DNA of 64,000 nt from Lytechinus pictus. Lineage: Eukaryota. A model generated the notes under the pieces. It searched no databases. It was not told the origin of the DNA and worked only from the letters and a program-made list of their open reading frames with translations. The stretch spans positions 13,270,001-13,334,000 of the forward strand of contig NC_087251.1 of assembly GCF_037042905.1 (NCBI RefSeq), read 5' to 3'. Position 1 is the stretch's first letter; each line of letters begins with the position of its first letter. The position numbers were made by a program, and so were the translations under genes. Positions 26,701-38,700 of the stretch are shown piece after piece.

Positions 26701-29700
26701 AAATAAAAAAAAAGTTGTCACTAAAAAAAGAAGGTCACCTTGCCGCGCGTTATATTTGGCAAGCCCCCACCCCCCCCTAAAAAAGTTTGTCATTAAATAT
26801 AGAAAGTCATGTTGTTCAAAGTAAAATAAATTTGAGAAGCAAAAAAGAAAAGGACAAAAAAGAGCAAAGAATATGAACAAAATATCCCCATTACAAATAT
26901 TGCTGTGATTCTCATAAGGAGGTGGGGGGGGGGGGACATAACTTTGTACGAACGACATATTTTTTTTTACATCCAAAATATTGACTATGAATCTCAAAAG
27001 GTGGAACGGGCCAGAAATGCTCAACCACCCCCCCCCCCCCCCGATCTGCCACTGATTCCAATCGATAATGACTTTTCCCTGCAATACTGATGCTTGAAAT
27101 CAAGATACTGAAGATTGATATATTGTAATATAAATTATGAACGTCTGACAAAAAGATAACCAACCGATCACCTGACCGATCAGCTGACCAGTACGTGAAT
27201 CACATCGGAGTTGATCAGTCCCCACAGCGTTTGGAACGCTCACCAAGAATTCAAGAAAAAAGAGTGAAAATGTAAGTTTAACCTCAATCCATTAACTTTT
27301 AACCATTGTAATAGATTATTTAAGATGTTAAGAACTAATTTATACCAAAATTTTTACCATCCAATTTGTATTAAGGCGTACATTTGCCAAAGTCCTTGTG
27401 TGCAAATAGAAACGGCAATGTCTAACCGGTTTTATCACTTATGTCGCCTATGAGGTCCATACATGTAATGTTGGACCTCATTGGTACTAGGAGTGATCAA
27501 AAACACTAAATCAAACAAAATTAATCACAATAAAAACACTATTTAACTGTCTTATTACTCCTCGTGATCCGAGTCCCCTTCCCATGTTGAGACTACCAAT
27601 TTGCCATAGGATAACGAGTAATAGCATATTACTCGTTATCCGAGACCCCTCCTATGGGAAATTGGTAGTCTCAACACGGGAAGGGGACTCGGATCACGAG
27701 TAATAAGACAGTTAAATAGTGTTTTTAATGTGATTTTCATTGAATTCAATGATTCTTATTATCAAAAATATTCATTTATCATCTCTAGGAACTGTCTAAA
27801 AGTGGCAGAGTGGTTTTGAAGTGGGAAATGAGGGGTAGATGAATATCAACGGGTTAATTGCCGTTTTGTATTTTTAGGAGAGGGGACTTGGATCACGAGA
27901 AATAGTACTCCTCGTTATCTAAGTCCCCTCTTATGAGAAATTGGACAGTCTTAACACGGAAAGGGGACTCGGATCACGAGGAGTAATTAGACAGTTAAAT
28001 AGTGTTTTTAATATGATTTTCATTAATTTTAATGATGCTTATCAAAAATATTCATTTACCATCTCTAGGAAACTGTCTAAAAGTGGCAGAGTCGTTTTGA
28101 AGAGGAGGGAAATGAGGGGTAGATGAATATCAACGGGTTAATTGCCGTTTTGTATTTTTAGGAGAGGGGACTTGGATCACGAGTAATAGTACTCCTAGTT
28201 ATCCAAGTCCCCTCCTATGAGAAATTGGACAGTCTTAACACGGGAAGGGGACTCGGATCACGAGGAGTAATTAGACAGTTAAATAGTGTTTTTGATATGA
28301 TTTTCATTAATTTTAATGATTCTTATTATCGAAAATATGCATTTATCATCTCTAGGAAACTGTCTAAAAGTGGCAGAGTGGTTTTGAATAGGAGGGAAAT
28401 GAGGGGTAGATGAATATCAACGGGTTAATTGCCGTTTTATTTTAGAGGGGGGACTTGGATCACGCGGAGTAGTTTTATAGTGTTTTAATTCAATTCTATT
28501 TATTTTAATAATTCATATTATCGAAAATAGGAAACTGTCTAAAAGTGACACAGTGATCGATTAATTCGGATGAAGGGGGAGTTGAATCACGAGGAGTAAT
28601 TATACAGACATTCTTTTTACCTGACGAAATAAAGCAATGGAGACTGTTAAGAGGGAGATGCAATTCTGATTTATTTAGTAAATTAGGAATCAACGAAATA
28701 AAGCAATGGAGACTGAAGAGGGATAAGGCCTATTGATTTATTTAGTAAAAACATAAATAAAAATATAAATATAATCCTGATTTATTTATATGAAAAGCAC
28801 TTGTATATGACTCTAAAGCAGTAGAGATTGAAAAGAAAAAGATGCAATTCTGATTTATTTAGTAAAAACGTAAACGAAATAAAGCAAATTTTATATTGTG
28901 AGAAACATAAAAAGATGAATATAATCCTGATTTATTTATATGAAAATTACTAGTTTACGAACTAAAGCAATAGAGATTGAAAAGAAGTAGATGCAATTCT
29001 GATTTATTACGCCAATAAAGTGGAGACTGAAAAGAGACAAGTGACACACAACTACGAGGTTGGTACTGGTAGAGACAGGTAGGACATGTTTTACATTGTG
29101 AAAAATTGTCCGTGGATACGAGTCACCGGGGACTTGGATCACGATAATGCCGGAGTTTTGAATCCCCGTACATATATCTATAAGAGACACATGTACACAA
29201 AGATGGATTTCCCTAGGAAATCCATAGAGGGTGAAATCGGTTTGTATTGTCGAATTTTATATATCTATGAACCTTCAGGCGCCTAATGCGTATAAAGGGA
29301 TAAAAATTATTTCAATATAAATGGTAAAAATGAGACGTTTCTTACCAGACCCGATCTCCCGTAGATCCCTCGATCCGTTTGTCAACAAAGCAAAGACAAT
29401 AGACCTGACCCTTGAACCGATTCGTGATGACGTACTTCCGACTAGTGATGCCGTTTTGAATAACAATTTATAGATAAAAATATTATTTCACAAATTATAC
29501 TAAAATTTAATAAGTGATTATAAATAATTAGTTTATACTACTTAAAATTTCTTAATTTGAGCAATAAGAAACTTTTCCAGATGTCGAAAGTCTTTCGCTC
29601 TTTGCTTCAGTTCATCAACATCATCATTTGAGGTGCACAGCATCCCACACAACTGCAAGGCTTCTGAGGTCATCTGAACACGCTGCTTTGCGATTTCCTT

Positions 29701-32700
29701 CAGTTTGTCCTCTTTTCTGCGCTTATTCAGAAGTAACTTCTCAGCAATCTTTTCTTTAATTGCTTTACTTCTTCCTTGGTAAAGCTGGAGAAATGACTTC
29801 CTTTGCCTCACATCTTCAGATAAGTACTGATCTTTCTTCTCATCTGACATTTCATCCAAATAGTCTCTGCGCACAGGTTGTCTTTAGGACATGATGCAGT
29901 TTGTTTCCGTATGTTCTCTGGAGCACTGTGATATCGTCCTCCTGGCAAATGATCTGACAGCTGGCATGTGATACAAACGAGACAATTTTGAAGTATTATC
30001 ATTAGTGCTTGCTTGGTAAGATGTTCAATGTTTGCACTGCAAGGGTCATAGAGAGATTTGTGGATTGAATCTTTGACTGGTGGAAATGCTGGAAAGAGAA
30101 TGCTACTGTCCGTTAACAGTGGTGATGGATCTACCATCCACTCCTGAACTTTATTATGCAGTCTTGTATAGTGTTGATCAGTGTCCATGACATGCGAATG
30201 ACTTTCCAACATCCTCATTAATGGGGCAGAAATGTGCTGATTTATGATACCCATTTCTCTGATTCCTGATACAAATATGTCATCATCAAAGTCAGCTTTC
30301 AATGATTTGACATACATATTTCCTTCACGTTTTGAATCTAATGATGCACAGAGCATGTGAAAGTCTGAAATGTGGTGATATACTGCCGCAGAGTTGTGGA
30401 ACGGTACATTAAATCTGTTTCTCCTGTATGCAACTAAGGATGATTTTTGCACAATTGTCTTGAACTCTTCAGTCAAACCAGACTTCGTCGCAGTCAGGAC
30501 CAAGAAAGTTGCAAAAAGAACGAACGGCAAGTAGACTAGCTGACTCTGTCTTGCTTCCGTTCCAAAGGACTTGCTTCTCTCTCCCCAATTTTCCTTCATT
30601 CGCTTCCACTTTTTCCCACTCACAAAGGGCACTTGCAGAATATTCCTGTAGATTCAATACCAGATGCTTTCCACAATATAAATCATTAATAGTAGCTATC
30701 ATCCAAGCTCTCCCAGTTTTCTATTACCTGCGGAAGAATGTTGGATCTCCACAGCTCTAGTTTATTTATGTAGAGCTTATTGACAATGGAACGATCAGTC
30801 ATTGTTGTCTTGAATTTAGCCAAGAGACGGTGGACTTCATTTACATCATCACACAGATTAAGACGAACTAATTACTCTAGAGTTTCCTTGGTATCTGTTA
30901 AGAGTGATTCTCCTGTTTCAACCTCAATGTCATGAAGACTCATTCCGACAGTTTGATCTTTTGTGGAAGCTAAGAATGTGACATAGCCTTTCCTTTTTTT
31001 GGTTGTGCCATCCGTGTGAAGAGTGACAGGAGTCTCAGATTGATGTATCGCACGTGAACATTCCTTATTGAGCAAGGCTTGCTCAACAGCAAGATACCGT
31101 ATTAGTGTCGGTTTAGGCAGTCTGCTAATCTTTTAATTTTTCCTTAATTTTTTTCTTTCCTCTCAATTCATTTCTTGTTTCCTCATTTCTTTCTCTTTTC
31201 TTTTTTTCCGCTCACACTCCCTTCCCCTAGTAGACATGCAAAAAGCGAACACCAGCAAAACCGGTTGTGCTCATCGATTAGTTATTTGGTTCTTTTGTTA
31301 TTGTCAACAGTCTGGGAGAGTCTTGCTCCCCGCCCACACCTTTGATCACATCTGCTTCCCAATTGATGACAGGATGTTCATAGAAATGGGGGGGGGGGGT
31401 TAATTTGTTGATACTTTAACAACAATAAATGAGGATATTCTTTTCATTTCGGTTCAAATCGGGTCTCTAAAACCCTCACCCTATAAGAAGTATAAATTTA
31501 CCTCAATGTAACAGATGGAACAGATTTGTCTTTTGCTAAAACATCTGATCACATTACCTGCTTTCTATTGCGGTTTTTAAGTTACATTGGTAGATATTCG
31601 AATTGGGAAGAGATGAAAGTTGTGGAATTAATAAAGGGGAAGAAGGAAGAGGAGGATGGGAAAAATGAAGAGGGGTTCCAGCTTCATGATGAGAACAACG
31701 CATATATTACGCGCAATCTTATACAAAACTATAGATGGGATTAAAACGAATATTAATATCCCTGATACACCTACATGACGATAATAACACGAATAATTGA
31801 CGTCGAAGTAAAGATTAAACAATCATATTTACGAACTGTGGTTTTATATTGATAGATTAGTCGGAAATCAATTATAAAGTTAAAAACATTTTTTTTTCAA
31901 TCATTTTATTTCAGTAAAGCAAGATTTTCCTTCGAAATATATTTTGTTATATGAATTGGAAATGATAAAACCAAGTCACAACTTGGTATAATACAGAATT
32001 CAGTGTTATATGGCAGATCAAAATAATAATACATGACATTTGTAAAGCGCACTTTCCATCTTGATTATATGCTCAATGCGCTTCAGAGCAAAGCAACAAA
32101 AGCTATTTACATAATGTAACTATTTAAAAAATTCCTAGCACATTTAGCTTCAATGTTTAAACAAATACCCAAGCAAAAGTATGTTTTCGAAAGCTACTAT
32201 GACGTAGTGTGTGGAATGGGAACTTAACGAGTTAATTATCACTTGCCGACAAAGCAAGAATGGAGCTATACAAACCATTTTTTTCTTTTGTTAAGAGATT
32301 TGGTGGGTGCTCACGCGAACGCTAACTATCAAACCTAACTATTCTTATCGGGGAACAAAGGAGTTAGTCAAGTACTGCAGAACTATAGGGTATCCATATT
32401 TCCATGAAACAATAAGCCCCCTCTATTTTCTCTTTCTCCCCTTTCCCCTTCTTTATTTTGCTCCCTTTCCCTACCCTCACTTTTTTATTTTGTATTTCTC
32501 TTATCTCTTTCCTTCTCGTTTTCCCTCTATCCCTTCCTATTTGCCTTTTTCTTTCATTTTTCTTTCTTCTTCTTTCTTGAATGAGCGGATGTTAATTCGG
32601 GACAAGTTTTTAATTGATGCAACGAGAGCAGGAAATTGTGAGCATGGTGAGAGAAAATAATTACAAGACTGAGCGCAAGAATGTTCAATACTTGTCATCA

Positions 32701-35700
32701 GCGAAGACAACTGGAACATTTCCCAATTTTTTCTTCCCACTTTCTCTCTTTTCCTCTACTTTTTCTAAAGTCCCACTTCTTTTGTCCCCTGTCCTTCTTA
32801 CCTTTTCCTGCACCCTTCCTTCTCTTCCCTCCTTCGCTTTTTTATTCCATTTTATTATGTCTCCCTTCATCATTTTATTTAATTTCCCCCTCCTTATCCT
32901 TCTCTCTTTCTCATTCTGTCATTCTTCCTTTTCTTCCGTTGCCTCTTCTTCTCCCCTTTGATTTTCAATATATTTTCCTTTTCTCCTTTTCCCTCTTTTC
33001 TTTCTGTCTCACCTTCCCTTTTTTCATCCCCTCTGTTTTCTTCTCCATTTCACCTTTTCCTTATTTCTTTTCTTTACCCCCTCTCCCTCTTTCTCCTCCT
33101 GGTCCACCCCCCCCCCACTCCCCTTCTCTCATTTTTTCTATATCTCTTATCTCTTTCCTTCTCGTCTTCAATCCGTCCCTTCCTTTTCGCCTTTTTCTTT
33201 CATTTTTGCTTTCTTCTCCCTTTTATCTGCATCTCGTAGATCCGCGCCTGAAAGGCAAATCAGGGTATAGAATAAAAAAGGATGACCATGCAGGGAAGCA
33301 ATAGAGTAAATAGTTCTAGGACGACCCCCGGAATGTAGGGTCAACATCGACAAATGGCAGCTCCATTGTCAGAACCTCATTTACGATCACGACTAACCAT
33401 GTCAGTGAATGAAATAACGGACACCACGGGAAGAATATTTATAGGAAAGGACCCTTTACGCTGTTGCCAGTGTGTAATCGAACACAATAAGTAATTCGGT
33501 GAAAAAGCCTAAAATCCCAGTTATCAACCCAAAACTTTGTAATTTTCATAACAGATTTTATCCATGATAAATGATGAGAAAATGGCTTCGAAAACTTATG
33601 CTTGATATGAGATAAAAATCACATGCAGTCTTGAACGAATGTGTCAAATCAGACCTCTTCTTTCGACCAAGAATGCACGGCCGAACACCCTAGGATAGCC
33701 GCGGAAACTACCCTCGGGCACTCATGCCCTAGGGGAGCGAACGCGGGCGTCTTCCCTCGTCCGCTCCCCTCAAATGTCCGCTACGGGCTACCGCGTTCAC
33801 CCTAGGGGGCACTGTGAAGTTTCCCGCGGCCGGCACTGTATTCCTTCGCACGGGAGATGAAATGAACCCATGGGTGGCCCAGACCCTGATAGATACTCAT
33901 CATTTTATCTGAATCTGATTTTTTTTTGTACTTCCTTTTCCCACTCAGTGGAGGCAAGGACAGTTGCTTCAATATGATGCAGTGTGTTGCTGAAGGTCAT
34001 GACCTGGTTGCTCTGGCTAATCTCTATCCAGAAGATGTCGGTGAGTCTCTGATCTCTTCTTTGGTAAGGTCCTGTCCCTTTCAAGGATGAAATAATACAT
34101 GGTGAAATCTAAACATATCTAGAGTAATGTATAAACAGATAAATAAATTAGATAGTAAATTGTAAAAGTTTTAAATGTTCCGTAAGAAAAGTCATGTTCA
34201 TCAGCTTTGCTTTCACTGTAAATTTTACAATTCCCTGTAATTGTGTCTCCAAACTTGGGATAAAAATAGAAAAGAGTAAAGACATTGAGAGGGATTTTTG
34301 CTCTAAGCAGCTGGAAGTGGTTAAGAGTTTTTTTTTAAATTGTATCATAACTGTATAGGAAAATATCATAAGATTAAGTTTAAAATTGAAAATGTTGATA
34401 TGGTTAATAGATGAATTAATGAAATATACAACAATAATTACTAGACATATTTGTTTAAAACGTGTGATGGTTTAAACATTTGACATTTCCCCTTTGTTTA
34501 AAGAGATGTAAATCTATTGCTCTCCAGGCCACACCCTTTTGGTAATTGTTAAAAGAATATAAATCTTTTGGCTTTTAAAGCACATAGTATAATTTACAGT
34601 ACTTCAATAGCCTACATATATATTTGTGGAAACGTACTCTTCTAGAGTCAGACTTGCTTGTGATGTTTTTTTTATTAGTCTGAATGTACATTATATTTCT
34701 TTCTAACTAACATTATGCAGCAGAATTCTTAACGCCTGGTAGTATAATCATTGATATTATTATTTAAAACTTATTGATGTTAGACTGTGTACTACAGTTT
34801 AGTATTGAACTGTAAATATTACCTATTGCTCTGTATGACCTTTTTCATATTCCTCTCCCAACACCTTCCTATGTACATGTAGATGAGTTGGACAGTTACA
34901 TGTTCCAGACCGTTGGTCACCATGCAATTGACCTCTACTCTCAGGCCATGGGTTTACCCCTCTACCGAACTGCTATAAAGGGAGGGTCTAAGGAACAGGG
35001 GAGTGACTACCAACCCACAGATGGGGATGAGGTGGAGGACCTTTTCTTGCTCCTGAAGAAAATCAAGGCAAGCATTAATAACATGTTTACCACATATTGA
35101 TTAAAAAGTCATCAAAAAATTATTTTAATATTTATTTCAATGATTATGAAAGTTATTTTTGTCATGTAAAAATGCAGATTGAGGATGATTAATTTGATTG
35201 ATGTTACGAGAGTTATTAAGTTTCTTGAATGAAGACCATCCTTTTTCCTTCAATATAAGCAATGGCAAGGGACAATATTTCTGTTATATCTCTGTTAATT
35301 TTGTTTTTGTTTTATTTACCCAAATATTCGTCTTAATAGTTATATAATTTACTCTTTATCAAACTTCTTAATTTGTAATGGTAAATGTGTCTTAAGTAGT
35401 TTGAATACGAATGTTACATAGAATAAAAAATAGTTGGATTTAGATTTAGCCCTGTGGAAAAGTCAGTCTATCTAAGATTTCACCAAAATACCTGCTACCA
35501 GACATTGAAGAAGCAATAGAAATCACTGAAATATCTTTGGGACTCAGTCAATCAAATTGTACTTTTGAATTAAATGACAGACATCCTTTTGCTTGCTTCA
35601 GCAAAGATCAGAGTAAAGGTACATAGGAAATGACTTATGAAGCAAATAATCGTGTTACGTCCCATGTCTCGTGGTATAAAATTTTTGTTGGAGAAAATTT

Positions 35701-38700
35701 GCTGAAGGGTACATGTTAACATCTTGCAAGTTTTAGATTTCCTGAAAAGGCTGAGGCTAGTTGATCTTTAACCCTTTGAGACTGATCCTGCATATTGGCC
35801 AGGATCTTTGGATTGTTTACAATCAACCAGTCACTAATGGATTAATATCATCTTACCTGTCTTACAGGATGAGATGCAGGTAGAGGGAGTCTCAGTTGGA
35901 GCCATTTTGTCAAATTACCAGCGAGTTAGGGTGGAAAATGTGTAAGTCATAATCATTCATTACATCCAACATTCTGCATTGTATTCAAAGTTGTGCATGA
36001 ATGAGTAATCTACTGCATAGAATGCCAGATATTTTAGGAGTTTTGTTACGAAGACAGAAAGAACTCTAATATAATTTTCAGCTTGCACAGTATAATATAT
36101 CTTTTAATTCAACAATTAAGTATAAGTATGTAGTTCTTTTGAATCATTGTAGACCATGCTTTTATTTGGAGTGCACTATAACATCTTTTCTCAACCACAT
36201 AACAGTATCCCGTTTACAGTACACGTTTCATCTTGCTTACATTACCTAGCTTAATTTCTTTGGTTGAATATTTCTTGTATACAGTGTATTTGATTTTTAT
36301 GCTCATGAATATGATATTCATATATGTTTGTGAGTGAAAAATATCAAATGAGCTTCAAAAAGCACAATGGTAAAGTTACACAATCAAACTACATGTATAT
36401 CTTTCCTTTACTTTTCCTTTTTGATCTTCTTTTATTTCTTTGTCTTTTTCTTCTCCTCACTATTTGAATCTTGTCTTGTTCTTCCCCATACCACGATTGC
36501 CCTCCTACACCCCTCCCTCTGTTTTCCCAGCTGATGATATAAGTATGTGAATTTTTTTCAGTTGCCAGCGGCTTGGCCTCATCCCACTTGCATATCTTTG
36601 GAGACGAGATCAATCTGAACTCCTTCAAGAGATGATACAGGCAAACATCCATGCCATCATCATTAAAGTAGCTGCATTAGGTAATCAGTTAAAAGATTAC
36701 CCAAGTCCACTGTTTATTTGAATGAAAATATAAATCAAACTAGCATAATGCTGACTGTTTCATCAAATTCAAAATAAGAAAGATATGATATTTTACCATT
36801 TAATTATAATTTTAATTAACTTTATTATTTTGCATCTGATTTTGACGAAATTTTTAGTGTTTTGCTTTTTTTCTCTTTTTATTCATATCAAGTTGAAAAA
36901 CAATAATTTGGAGTGGGCCATTATTCTATGATATTCTCCCTAAATAAAGTAAATATCATGAAAAAAAATTTAGATACAAAATTTAGTACAAAACATGCTT
37001 ACCAATCAAGAGAATTTGAAGACAAAAGTGGTGCAAAATTAATGGAAAAGTCTTTCCTTTCCAAGGATTACTGAAAATCTTTTTTTTTTTTTTTTGGGGG
37101 GGGTAAATCTATCAAAGTTCGTGCAAACCCAATTCCAGCCACACAACAGTGCAAACTGTGACCTGGATTCTTCCTTGTTTACAGATTTAGTGTACATTAC
37201 ACAGGAAGGGAGGAGGGGTATGTATGTAAATTACTCCATGCCTGAGAGTAAATATCACTCTTTAATTGACAGGTGGAACGTTGGAAGATGTTATTCTTGT
37301 AGATTTCTTTTTGATTTGTTGATGATTAATTTGTTGCTTGTATATTACTATCTCTGCCCCCAGATATGGTAGTGAGTGGTAAATTTCTGCATTAATTTAA
37401 GGTACCTTTTCCTGAGGGTGACTTTCTCTTAGTTAGTTATGTAGGACCAATGATATTAAGTTCTTTCCAAAGGACAATCTTTGTGTTTGTATAGAGAATC
37501 CAGATTTAGGCTCATTGTGGCAGATACTGGTGGATTTGATAGATAAGAAAGGACCTCTTGCATTTTTCTTCTGTATAAACAGAGCGTATGCCAGCAAACA
37601 CAAGCTTTTCCATCTGCCACCTTTCAAGGTAGAGTGTGTTATTATATGAACCTATTGAATCAGTCAGCATGAACTCAATTGGATTCTCTGTCTAAATATG
37701 AAGAACAACTCCCCTTCATTTTGGCTTTAATATTCAAAAGGTTCTTATATAAACATGCTCTCCTCAGTAATATTGATGAAAGACAAACTTTTATTTTTTG
37801 TTTCTCTCTCTCCTTATAGGTCTTGGAGCTAAGCATCTTGGGAAGACAATATCAGAAATACAACCATACATGGAAATCATGGTAATAATAGTCTTTCCCA
37901 AGTATTGGATATTTGTCATTCCCGTTCACATAACAAGGACATTTTGTAATGTCTTTCTTGATATTTTACCTATTACAATTCATATACAGGATGATTGTTT
38001 TCCTCAGGGGAAATAAGCTTGTTTCACATCCGAAGGAATTTATTTTAAGTTGATGGTTTTGGTTGTTTATGTTTGTAATTAATAATGCTACATGATTCTG
38101 AGTGATTCCCTGGAATTTTGGGAGAAGTTTCCAGGTGATTTTCTGGCTCTGTCATCAATTCTAAATGTAATTAAATTAATGATAAGATATCTGCCCAACC
38201 TCCACCCCCCATAAAAAAACTAACAACTCCTTTAAATGGTCGTGATGGAAGAATACAATTTTGCAACTAATTTTTATGCGGCAAAATGACAGTCTTCCTG
38301 TGTTTTTATTAAGATATACATACTTTAATTTCTTCACACATGTTTTGATTGGTAATAACCATAAATGCCAAGTGTAAACAAATGGCGGATTGATGATTCT
38401 TCTGATTTTAATAGTAGGAAACCATTTTATCTTGCAGAAAACAAAATATCATCTGAATGTATGTGGTGAAGGTGGAGAGTATGAAACATTTACACTGGAT
38501 TGCCCTCTCTTTACCAAGAAAATAGTCATGTAAGTTTATTTCAAATTCGTACATTGATGAGTTCTTGTTGTCTTACTATTTCTAGCTCTGCTACATCCTG
38601 TTAGTCACTAGCATTTTGAAAAAGAAGCTAGAATTTTGACAAAGATATTACGGAGTCAGGCCCACACACACATGGGGGAAAGATTATCTCTTGTTTTTGT

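Larger units (their letters stand above)
21305..33886. mobile_element. Composite DNA-transposon block in DPH6 intron 1 with related inverted ends
   Basis: Left end GGGCCTGGGGCTACAC; reverse complement of the right end GGGTCTGGGCC-ACCC. Both subtermini are CpG-rich, and the block contains two transposase relics. No TSD found. Confidence 0.5.

Noticed and set aside
27941..28413. Two near-identical 61-62 aa ORFs
   Set aside because: Products of the 284-bp tandem repeat with non-ATG starts; no coding evidence.
32681..33304. 207-aa F/L/S/P-rich ORF
   Set aside because: Artefact of a polypyrimidine tract lacking stop codons.
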